Program-made: the position numbers and the translations under genes | The notes under the pieces: generated by a model | Told to the model about the DNA's origin: nothing | Seen by the model: the letters and a program-made list of their open reading frames with translations, nothing else | The model's database searches: none | NCBI GenBank assembly: GCA_950097015.1 | Contig: CATNEN010000041.1 | Location: 2,976,001-3,040,000, forward strand | Reading direction: 5' to 3' | From: Macrostomum hystrix | Lineage: Eukaryota; Animalia; Platyhelminthes | DNA length: 64,000 nt | In this document: positions 21,530 to 32,572 of the stretch, one piece after another | Position numbering within the stretch: the first letter of the stretch is position 1 | How the letters are laid out: every line of letters starts with the position of its first letter

Positions 21530-23569
21530 GTGAGTCAGATTTTCATTCTCGAATTGCAATACTTTGCACTCTTTGAGACCATCTGTGGGAACCGGAATCC
21601 CTAACGAGGCGTGCCTCATTACCGCTTTGGCCGGTCTCGCCCCGCTCACACACACTTACGAAACAATAAGTGGAAATTTCTTTCAATTCGTACTGTTCTT
21701 GTTTTGAAGCTCTGGCTGGACTCAACTCATTGTGAGAAAGCAGAGCGGAGGGGTGGCGCAGTGAAGGGCAGGCCGAGCAGCACGGGCCCCATATGTCTGG
21801 GCTGCCTATATTTAGCCGCCCACTGGTGGCGCCTGATGGAAAATGAGCCGCCCACTCGGCGTGGCAAACAATCTGTGCGTAGATTCCACTTTCTCAATCT
21901 GGATTCCATTGTGTAGCCCCCCTCCACTCTCAGCCTCAAATATGGTGTTGTTTTGAGAGCGCGAGTTTCCATGCCTGTTAAGGTCGGCTTCTGCTTTTGG
22001 CCGTCATGAATTTGTTTTTCTCTGCTTGTTTATCAAGCAGTTCTGTAGAGTGCAAATTTTTTCGTGTCTTTCTAACTGTTTCTCTGTCAGCCTCTGGCCA
22101 CACGCAGAATCCAAAATCTCATAGAAATGCCTCCATATGCTATCAACGCGCTGGTCGCCATCCCAGCGATGTGGGTTCGTGGGTATTCAGTAAATGCATT
22201 GATTGCTATTATCTGGTTCTGCTGAATGCTGTAGCGAAACCCCGAACCCGCAGAAGTCGCAGTCGACCAATCAGCTGGCCGGCGGCACTGTCAGCCTGAC
22301 GACTCGGTCAGAGTCCAGGCAGCAGCAGCAGAGGCTTGTTAGGTGAGCTGGGCAGTGAGGAACTGTGAGAGAAAGCATTACGCTCGTATTTTTGAGCTGC
22401 TGCTCATTCGTTTTTTAGTCTCCACGCCGAGACCAAGTAGAAGAAGATTTCCGTTTGTACTTTATTTAGCCGCCTCGCATGACTGGAGCCAGACTAGCCG
22501 CAATGTCACCCCTGGCTCATTCGTTTGTTATTCAAATTCCAGCGCCAAGAGCCGGGACTGGATCTCCTCTGACTCCGCTAGCCAGCTGGCTGACTGGAAC
22601 TGAGGTGAGACCCCATAGTCAGTAGCCATCCACCCTGCGCAGTGACAGGTGGTTTGTCATCTGCAGACAGCAAATAGCATTCCAACTCTAGTATCTTTGC
22701 ACGCGTCTGAGCTGCGCTGCAGTGAAGCCTAAGCCAATTAGTCTATTATAGTATTATGCAGCTTGTCTTTCCAGTGTGCAATAGTGTCTTACTAAATGCC
22801 TTATTAGCGATGAATAAACCGCTCCCAACCCGTTCGAGCTTTATGGCGCTGGCTGGGTCACAATTCAGGGTCTGTCACGCTCTCTCTCTGTATGTTTTAG
22901 GGCACTGGCGAGCGACCTGACCTCCTTCTGCCCAGTTGCTTCATGCCCGCACTATTGACATATCGGCAGCTCCGAGGTTACATGCCAATGATTCATTCTG
23001 AGCAGCGCGAAAACATTTCTATTCGTTTTTTCATGACGCCTTGTTTGTTTGGTTATGCACCGTTTTTAGGCAAGAAAAGTATAGGGATAGCTTCCAATCT
23101 AGCAGCGTTCTGTAACAGCTCAAGAGTCAAGCTGTGTGAGGTGCGAAGAAAAAGGTCAGCCTTCCAAGTAGGGCGAGACTGTATTTATATATTTGCCTCA
23201 ACATGCCACCGATACGATCAACGTGCGCGTGGGGGGCATGTACATAGTGAGCGAGAGTTAGTGATATATGTACATATTCGATTGCCAGGCAAAGCGATAC
23301 ATGAGTGCTAGTAGACTACGGCATCACACGTTCTACTACCGCACACTTGACACCAAAATAATCTTCACTCTTTAATGAGGCCTGGTGAGACAATATGCTA
23401 TGTGTGCCTCCCGTCTATGAAATAGCTATACTTACTCCACCCTTCAATAACATTTACTGATTCCACCTGCCCAAATTGGGCCAGATTTGCAGTCGAGAGC
23501 TGCGTACGGCTGTTCAGTCCATGGACAGGGGGGCACACCCGCCTTTAATTATCCCAGCTTTTATTTTTC

Positions 23570-23643
23570 AGTGGAGTTGGGAATCGAACCCCCGACATTT
23601 AAGTCATGAGTCTGACGCTCCAATCACTAGGCTACAACCACTA
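23570..23643 (-). pseudogene. tRNA-like relic (tRNA-Met-like pseudogene or SINE head)
   Basis: Minus strand shows an A-box-like TAGCCTAGTGATTGG, an anticodon-arm-like CAGACTCATGAC and a B-box GGTTCGATTCC. Acceptor stem is imperfect and an A-rich tail follows. Confidence 0.5.
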
Positions 23644-23998
23644 TTCACTTTTTCGTTCTTTTACAAAAGGCTGCATGCTGTCATTTTGACAGCCACTTTC
23701 TGCCTGGTTGCATGGGTTTGTCAAGTAGCAGGTGCTTGAGTGACCTTGCCATGTACATAGACTCGCATTCACAGCTTGCACAAATAGCCATGTACATAGA
23801 CTCGCATTCACAGCTTGCACAAATTGCCATGCCTTTTTCACATGGCTGTACTTTTTTACAATGCGATTAACACAAGCGGCCTCCGCTCCCCTAGTGCCCA
23901 ATATAGTACAGTGTTAGTATTCCGCTGCATATTTCACTAAGAATCTGCGCACCTTTGATTGAGCTGCCAGATCCGACACACTTTGCGCTTAGAAATCC

Positions 23999-24148
23999 TG
24001 CTAGGGATACTTGCCTATGTAGCACTAGATTCATAATGCGCTAGGGATACTTGCCTATGTAGCACTAGATTCATAATGCGCTAGGGATACTTGCCTATGT
24101 AGCACTAGATTCATAATGCGCTAGGGATACTTGCCTATGTAGCACTAC
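23999..24148. repeat. 40-bp tandem repeat, about 4 copies
   Basis: Unit GCTAGGGATACTTGCCTATGTAGCACTAGATTCATAATGC. Confidence 0.9.
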
Positions 24149-24941
24149 ATTTTAAGATTGCTTGCGCGCCACTAGCTGTGATATTTTTGCTACCTGTCCC
24201 ATCCACCGGGTGCTCTCCACTATTGGAATACTACATTCGCAACTTTTTATTTTTCTGCTGCTAGAAGTATTTTTCCTAAAGTTTAATCTTTATTACTGCT
24301 AAAGCTTATAAATGTTTTTTTACAAATGTTTGTTAGCATTGAGGAACTATGGTATCGCCTGTGCTTTGCCAACAGACAATAGCCCTCCATTATGGACGGT
24401 TTGTACTTTTTCTTTTGCTTTTCTTTTGCTTTTGCTTTTGTTTAAATATACAGCGCCTAATCGGAATCAGTTTGTGACCTTTCTGCTAAAACATATTCGT
24501 TTTTTAACATTGTCACTACAAATACGCTTATTTTGCTTTTATTCTTCAACTCTTAATAGCTTTTGTATCGATGCGCACATATGCTACTGGCTGCTGCCGC
24601 CTATTAAGTAGTATTTGCGTATTTAGTCATTAAAAAATAAATGATGTAAAAAGAACATGCCTACGTTTTTTGCACGTTATAAGGTGCCCATCAATCAAGA
24701 ATGCCTCCCAAGAGTCAGACTAAACAGACTCGAGTTCCGAATGACGCAACTGGTTTAGTCAGGGCACCCTGCTAACTTTACTTACTAGTAGTATAGAGAG
24801 CACACGGCAGTAATAATGAAGCATACAAATAGGAAGAAATGCACCCACCTGAATTTGCAGCGAAAGCTAGTCGCACGCCAGCGTGCCACCGCCCTCAGTA
24901 GCACAGACTAGCAGCAGCAGCAGCAGCAGCAGACCTCGGCG

Positions 24942-27900
24942 ATGTCCTCGCAGGTGCCGGTCAGCCGGATCCTTCTTGTCAGCGGCGACTCCGTCTGGCT
25001 CGGCGCCGCCCTCAATGGCCTGAAGAAGGCCGGCGTCCGGCTGGACAATCCGTACGGCATGGTGTTCGCATCGGCATGCTCTTTCCAGGAAGCCCTCGAC
25101 TGCGTGTCCTCCGATGGCGACGTCCAGATTGTTGTCATCGACAGGTACGCGACAGGCAACTGGTCTTCATGGGCGCTCCATGATCCCTGTGCTCTTCCCC
25201 AGCTCTGATCCCAGTGTTCTTCCCCAGCTCTGATCCCAGTCCTCTTCCCCAACTCTGATCCCAGTGCTCTTCCCCAGCTCTGATCCCATTGTTCTTCCCC
25301 AGCTCTGATCCCAGTCCTCTTCCCCAACTCTGATCCCAGTCCTCTTCCCCAACTCTGATCCCTGTGCTCTTCCCCAGCTCTGATCCCAGTGTTCTTCCCC
25401 AGCTCTGATCCCAGTCCTCTTCCCCAACTCTGATCCCAGTGCTCTTCCCCAGCTCTGATCCCAGTGTTCTTCCCCAGCTCTGATCCCAGTCCTCTTCCCC
25501 AACTCTGATCCCAGTCCTCTTCCCCAACTCTGATCCCAGTCCTCTTCCCCAACTCTGATCCCAGTGCTCTTCCCCAGCTCTGATACCAGCGTTCTTTCCC
25601 AGCTCTGATCCCAGTCCTCTTCCCCAACTCTGATCCCAGTGCTCTTCCCCAGCTCTGATCCCAGTCCTCTTCCCCAACTCTGATCCCAGTGCTCTTCCCC
25701 AACTCTGATCCCAGTGCTCTTCCCCAGCTCTGATCCCAGTCCTCTTCCCCAACTCTGATCCCAGTGCTCTTCCCCAACTCTGATCCCAGTGCTCTTCTCC
25801 AGCTCTGATCCCAGTGTTCTACTCCAGCTCTGATACCAGCGTTCTTTCCCAGCTCTGATCTCAGTGCTATTCCCCAGCTCTGATCCCAGTGTTCTACTCC
25901 AGCTCTGATCCCAGTGTTCTACTCCAGCTCTGATCCCAGTGTTCTACTCCAGCTCTGATCCCAGTGTTCTACTCCAGCTCTGATCCCAGTGTTCTACTCC
26001 AGCTCTGATCCCAGTGTTCTACTCCAGCTCTGATCCCAGTGTTCTACTCCAGCTCTGATCCCAGTGTTCTACTCCAGCTCTGATCCCAGTGTTCTACTCC
26101 AGCTCTGATCCCAGTGTTCTACTCCAGCTCTGATCCCAGTGTTCTACTCCAGCTCTGATCCCAGTGTTCTACTCCAGCTCTGATCCCAGTGTTCTACTCC
26201 AGCTCTGATCCCAGTGTTCTACTCCAGCTCTGATCCCAGTGTTCTACTCCAGCTCTGATCCCAGTGTTCTACTCCAGCTCTGATCCCAGTGTTCTACTCC
26301 AGCTCTGATCCCAGTGTTCTACTCCAGCTCTGATCCCAGTGTTCTACTCCAGCTCTGATCCGAGTGTTCTACTCCAGCTCTGATCCCAGTGTTCTACTCC
26401 AGCTCTGATCCGAGTGTTCTACTCCAGCTCTGATCCCAGTGTTCTACTCCAGCTCTGATCCCAGTGCTAAGTACCTCCTCATTTCCCATCTGATCTGGTT
26501 TTCCACTTGATCTCTTAATATTCTCACCTGACCTCACCTCTTTGTCCACACCTGACCTCCTCATCTTCACACCTGACCTCCTCATCTTCACACCTGACCT
26601 CCTCATCTTCACACCTGACCTCCTTATCTTTACACCTGACCTCCTCATCTTCACACCTGACCTCCTCATCTTCACACCTGACCTCTTCATCTTCGCACCT
26701 GACCTCCTCATCTTCACACCTGACCTCCTCATCTTCACTCCTGATTTCCTCATCTTCCTCATCTGCATACTTGCCCTCCGCCTCAGGCACCTGACCTCCT
26801 CGGAGGTGAGCCAGGCGGCTATCACGCTGGCCAACCGGCTGAACGAGCGCCGGCCGGAGCTGTCCCTCTACGTGGTGCTGAGCGGCGGCGATGACGAGCG
26901 GGCGCTGCTGGAGGAGCTGGTGAGCCACGCGGTGGACGGCTACTTTAACCGAGACGAGTCGGACTACAGCGGCTGGTTCCGAATTCTGTCCGCCGAGCTG
27001 GCCGAGAAGTCGGCCACGCCCTTTTACGACGCCCTGAAGAGCTACGTGAAGATGGCCAAGGACTCGTGGCACACGCCAGGCCACTCTGGCGGCGACTCGC
27101 TGCGCAACTCGCCCTGGGTCGGCGACTTCTACGACTTTGTCGGCGAGCACATGCTGCGGGCCGACCTGTCCGTGTCCGTGCCCATGCTGGACTCGCTCAT
27201 GCACCCCAAGGGAGTCATTGCCGCCGCGCAGTCGCTGGCCGCCAAGGCTTTCGGGGCCCGCAAAACCTACTTTGCCACCAACGGTGCCTCCACCACCAAC
27301 AAAGTGATCTTCCAGACACTGCTGGCCCCCGGAGACAAGCTGCTGCTCGACCGCAACTGCCACAAGTCTGTCCACTACGGCGTCATCCTGTCAGACGCCC
27401 GGCCCGTCTACATCGACTGCTCTGCCAGGCCGCAGTTCGGCACCTTTGGCCCCGTGCCGAAGCGAGCCATCTACGAGGCCATCGAGGCCAACCCGGATGC
27501 CAAGGCGCTTATCCTCACCAACTGCACCTACGACGGCCTGCTGTACGACCTCAAGCCGATCATTGAGGCTGCGCACAAGTGAGACCTGTAGCATTGCAAT
27601 GTTGAGACATCTCTAGGCAGATTTCACACCACATATTTCCCCCGCGGGATCAAATTGTGGCAAGCGATAACCAGTGACCCCCGCTACTCCTTTCGCCCGT
27701 CAGAGCCGGCATCAAGGTGATCATAGACGAGGCCTGGTACGCCTTCGCCCGCTTCCACCCGGCCTTCCGGCCCACCGCCCTAGAGGCGGGCGCCGACTAC
27801 GTCACGCAGAGCAGCCACAAGACCCTGACCGCCTTCTCCCAGGCCAGCATGGTGCATGTTAACGACCCCGCCTTTGATGAGCATCTGTTTCGCGAGAACT

Positions 27901-29604
27901 TCAACATGTACGCCAGCACCAGCCCACAGTACGGCCTCATTGCCAGCCTAGACGTGGGCAGGAAGCAGGTGAGTGCGCGCCGCTGCGACATAGAAAATTA
28001 GCCACAATCCTCTCAGATCTCCAGGTTGGGCCACCATCCTCCCAGATCCCCAGGTTGAGCCGCCATCCTCCCAGATCCCCAGATTGAGCCGCCATCCTCC
28101 CAGATCCCAGGTTGGGCCACCATCCTCCCAGATCCCCAGGTTGGGCCACCATCCTCCCAGATCCCCAGATTGAGCCGCCATCCTCCCAGATCCCAGGTTG
28201 GGCCACCATCCTCCCAGATCCCAGGTTGGGCCATCATCCTCCCAGATCCCCAGATTGGGCCACCATCCTCCCAGATCTCCAGATTGAGCCGCCATCCTCC
28301 CAGATCCCAGGTTGGGCCACCATCCTCCCAGATCCCAGGTTGGGCCACCATCCTCCCAGATCCCAGGTTGGGCCACCATCTTAGATCAGTGCAGTGCAAG
28401 TGTAATCGAGAATTCACGTGACCCCTCCGCCCGCAGGCAGTGATGGAGGGCTACCGACTACTGGACCGCACTCTGAAGCTGTCGGGCGAGCTGCGCCAGA
28501 AAATCAACTCCACCGGGGTGTTTCGCGTGTTAGAGCTAGAGGACCTGCTACCGGAGGAAGTGCAGCAGGACGGCGTCAGGCTGGACCCCACCAAGCTGAC
28601 TGTGGACATTTCCAAGTCCGGCTACAGCGCACAGGAGCTGCAGCAGATCCTGTTCGAGCGGTTCAACATCCAAGGCGAGAAACGTACCTTCAACACCATC
28701 ACCCTGCTGCTCAGCATGGGCACCACTAGCAGCAAGGTGAGCTGCGGAAGTATAAATAACTGTGCCTCAGAGTAGGCGCCCGTTGAAGACTGGGGTATTT
28801 AGGGAGTTAAGAGAAGCGATAAATAATCCCTATCTCACGGACTGTCCCAGACTCCAGTCAGGAATTCCCATATCCTGCACATGTCCCAGTCAGGAATCCC
28901 CATTTCCCGCACCTGTCTCAGGTGTTGCTCAGGATTCCTTATTTCCCGCACCTGTCTCAGGTGTTGCTCAGGATTCCCCATTTCCCGCACCTGTCTCAGG
29001 TGTTGCTCAGGATTCCCCATTTCCCGCACCTGTCTCAGGTGTTGCTCAGGATTCCCCATTTCCCGCACCTGTCTCAGGTGTTGCTCAGGATTCCCCATTT
29101 CCCGCACCTGTCTCAGGTGTTGCTCAGGATTCCCCATTTCCCGCACCTGTCTCAGGTGTTGCTCAGGAATCCCTATATCCCGCACCGTCGCAGGTGTCCC
29201 GCCTATTCGACGCCATGCTCCGTCTGGCCAAGGACCGCCGGCCGCCGCGCAGCTACTTCCGCATCACGGAAATCCCTCGCTTCAGCCGCCTAGCCTGCCT
29301 GCCACGCCATGCCTTCTATGAGAGCGGCGAGCGGCTCCTTCTGCTGGACGACGACGGCCGGCCCAACGAGGCGCTGCTGGGCCGCGTCTGCTGCGACCAG
29401 ATTCTCTCCTACCCGCCCGGCATCCCCATCGTGGTGCCCGGTCAGGTCATCAACCTGGCCATCGTCACCTACCTGGCGCGCCTCACCAAGGGCCCCAAGG
29501 CATTGGAGATTCACGGCCTGGCCGACTGCGACGGCGAGTACGGAGTGCGGGTGCTCACCCAGCACGAGTTCGAGAACATCCCATCCCGCGGTCTGTTTGA
29601 GTAG
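24942..29604 (+). CDS. Bacterial-type PLP-dependent Lys/Arg/Orn decarboxylase (fold type I) with N-terminal receiver-like wing domain, 5 exons, 656 aa
   Basis: Exons 24942-25144, 26787-27578, 27704-27968, 28437-28736 and 29194-29604 total 1971 nt; all introns are GT-AG and phase-consistent. Motifs WHTPGHSGG, ATNGASTTNK, LLDRNCHKS, TNCTYDG, DEAW, TQSSHKT (PLP lysine), STSPQYGLIASLD, DPTKLT, YPPGIP. Confidence 0.95.
25190..26465. repeat. 25-bp minisatellite in decarboxylase intron 1
   Basis: About 50 units. CCCAGCTCTGATCCCAGTGCTCTTC grades into a homogeneous CCAGCTCTGATCCCAGTGTTCTACT block. Confidence 0.96.
26525..26762. repeat. 21-bp minisatellite just upstream of decarboxylase exon 2
   Basis: About 10 units of ACACCTGACCTCCTCATCTTC. 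Confidence 0.93.
28005..28380. repeat. 28-29-bp minisatellite in decarboxylase intron 3
   Basis: About 13 units of CCATCCTCCCAGATCCC(C)AGGTTGGGCCA. Confidence 0.93.
28850..29193. repeat. 39-bp minisatellite in decarboxylase intron 4
   Basis: About 8 units of TTTCCCGCACCTGTCTCAGGTGTTGCTCAGGATTCCCCA. Confidence 0.93.
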
Positions 29605-29757
29605 TGACTGCCTGGAGCATTTTGCATGGCGTTTTTTTGCTAACAGGGCCTGAATCGCTTGCTCTTAGCCTCAACGAGCTGCTGTGCTGTGTCTAACCGA
29701 TCCTAGATAAGTCTCACCTGCTGAAATGCTGTTACTTGCGTAGGCATGCATGCTGAA

Positions 29758-30745
29758 ACTTTCTCCCCATCTCTCCCCGACTTTCTCCCCAGCTCTCCCC
29801 GACTTTCTCCCCAGCTCTCCCCGACTTTCTCCCTCATCTCTCCCCGACCTTCTCCCCAGCTCTCCCAGACTTTCTCCCCATCTCTCCCCGACTTTCTCCC
29901 CAGCTCTCCCCGACTTTCTCCCCATCTCTCCCCGACTTTCTCCCCATCTCTCCCCGACTTTCTCCCCAGCTCTCCCCGACTTTCTCCCCATCTCTCCCCG
30001 ACTTTCTCCCCATCTCTCCCCGACTTTCTCCCCAGCTCTCCCCGACTTTCTCCCCATCTCTCCCCGACTTTCTCCCCATCTCTCCCCGACTTTCTCCCCA
30101 TCTCTCTCCGACTTTCTCCCCATCTCTCTCCGACTTTCTCCCCAGCTCTCCCCGACTTTCTCCCCGGCTCTCCCCGACTTTCTCCCCATCTCTCTCCGAC
30201 TTTCTCCCCATCTCTCTCCGACTTTCTCTTCAGCTCTCCCAGACTTTCTCCCCATCTCTCCCCGACTTTCTCCCCAGCTCTCCCCGACTTTCTCCCCGGC
30301 TCTCCCCGACTTTCTCCCCAGCTCTCCCCGACTTTCTCCCCAGCTCTCCCCGACTTTCTCCCCAGCTCTCCCCGACTTTCTCCCCAGCTCTCCCCGACTT
30401 TCTCCCCATCTCTCCCAGACTTTCTCCCCAGCTCTCCCCGACTTTCTCCCCAGCTCTCCCCGACTTTCTCCCCATCTCTCCCCGACTTTCTCCCCAGCTC
30501 TCCCCGACTTTCTCCCCAGCTCTCCCCGACTTTCTCCCCATCTCTCCCCGACTTTCTCCCCAGCTCTCCCCGACTTTCTCCCCATCTCTCCCAGACTTTC
30601 TCCCCAGCTCTCCCCGACTTTCTCCCCATCTCTCCCAGACTTTCTCCCCAGCTCTCCCCGACTTTCTCCCCGGCTCTCCCAGACTTTCTCCCCAGCTCTC
30701 CCCGACTTTCTCCCCATTTCTCCCCGACTTTCTCCCCCGAACTCT
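29758..30745. repeat. 11/22-bp pyrimidine-rich minisatellite
   Basis: TTTCTCCCCAGCTCTCCCCGAC-type units over about 1 kb. Confidence 0.95.
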
Positions 30746-31625
30746 CCATGCTGCTCATATCTTTGCTAATTTATCCACTATTAGTGCTGCAGGTTATTTA
30801 CTGAGAATCATTTCCTCTTCATATTGATTCGGGACCATGCTGCTGCCCCCAGTGTCTGTCGTTTGACTTCGACATTGCTCTTCCATTTTTGTCAGATTTC
30901 CCATCACTGTCAGCAGGCTCCCGTGGCCGTTTTCTATTTTTACTCAACGGGAAATTTCCCCTTTTGGGATTTCGCCGAACTTTCCATACTGTTTTTTCTC
31001 TGGCTTTTGACATTGTTCGACAAATTTTGAGCTCTATTCCCAATTTTTATTCTTCCCAGTGCAAACATGGCACGCTCGCAGTTTAAGCTTTTTATCGATC
31101 CCACCTGGAGTTCCTGATCCCCGCCTGTGTTAATGCTCAGATTATTGGAGCGGCTGACGAATCGAATTTTTCTCGGGGAGACTGCGCACAAAGACCTATT
31201 CACTCAGTATAATTCATTCGCCAACTATTCAGATTCCTGGCTGCTCATTATCCGATCTCATCTGCGCACGCACATAGCTGATTTTTGACTCTATTGGCCA
31301 AAGTCTGCTTTAGCTTTAAGCCCCGTGCACTTTTGTATTGACAGCCATTGTCTCCAGCTAGTGTTTGCACGTCTCGCTGATTCCGGCACTACCGTTAGAT
31401 CATTTTTACTCCCACGCGTTTCGAAGCATCCCCGCAGTTCCCTGGCGCCCGCATCGCTGAACCCCTGTTTGTAGCCCTAGCTCGTTGAAAGAGACATAAT
31501 ATACAGGTGACAGAATATTGCCGGCCCATCAGCTCTCTGTGCAATTCGCCAAATACCTGCTCGCCTCGATCGATAAGACTCTGCTTGACTTCCGCATTCA
31601 TTTCTGCTTGAATTCCTTTGACAAG

Positions 31626-31938
31626 TTGCCAGCAGCTGACTGGCAGTCTCATAGCGCACAGTGGTTTCACATTGCCAGAAGCTGACTGGCAGTCTCATAG
31701 TGCACAGTGATTCCGCATTGCCAGCAGCTGACTGGCAGTCTCATAGCGCACAGTGATTCCGCATTGCCAGCAGCTGACTGGCAGTCTCATAGCGCACAGT
31801 GATTCCGCATTGCCAGCAGCTGACTGGCAGTCTCATAGCGCACAGTGATTCCGCATTGCCAGCAGCTGACTGGCAGTCTCATAGCGCACAGTGATTCCGC
31901 ATTGCCAGCAGCTGACTGGCAGTCTCATAGCGCACAGC
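31626..31938. repeat. 46-bp tandem repeat, about 7 copies
   Basis: Unit TTGCCAGCAGCTGACTGGCAGTCTCATAGCGCACAGTGATTCCGCA. Confidence 0.92.
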
Positions 31939-32572
31939 GGTTCCGAATAGAATGAGTTCAATCTCGGGTTGCGGGTCTTGTGGGAATTACCTACCTCGGT
32001 GAGCGCATGACTTGGGATATGAAATTGCCAGATGCAGAGGAATCAACGAAGTTGGCAAATTATGCTCAAATCTGCCTTGGTGTATACTCAAAATGCAGCG
32101 CCAAATCAGCTGCTGATTAGAGACTAATGGGAAATTTTTTCGAAACTAGTTTTCGTCCGAACTCGAGCCTAAGGGTCATGACAAATTCTGGTCATATTGA
32201 GTTTTCCAGTAACCATGCTGATCCACGCTTCATAAGCAAACTCTAGCCAACACGCTGACCGACTGCAGTCTTGTCTCACAGTCTGTGGCAGACTGACCAG
32301 TCGCATACGATCTTTTACTTGCTGAAGTCGCAGTCGTGTCTCAGCTGACGCAGACTCTCCAAGCCCTAGAACTGACTCTTGCTTGTTGGACGAAGTTTTA
32401 GAAAAACTTCGCTTGCGGCCAGAGACAGCGGATGGCGATTCGGCCAAGCAGCCAATCAGCTTTACGACTGCGACAAAAAGTTTGGAATCATAATTTTATA
32501 GGAATAAAACTCGCTGCTACGGTATAGTCAACCATCTACCTTCAGTGACAGCCAGCCGCCCAGTTCATTGCC

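Noticed and set aside
25141-29197. Shared CAG|G at both ends of the decarboxylase introns as proof of insertion-site duplication
   Set aside because: This is the ordinary proto-splice consensus and is not informative by itself.
24942-29604. Decarboxylase as bacterial contamination
   Set aside because: It is interrupted by four phase-consistent GT-AG introns carrying host-style minisatellites and is contiguous with animal genes.
24908-30804. Long ORFs inside minisatellites (GKRTGIR, IFTPDLL, GRKSGRA, FSPSLPD types)
   Set aside because: Open only because the units lack stop codons; several lie in introns of well-supported genes.
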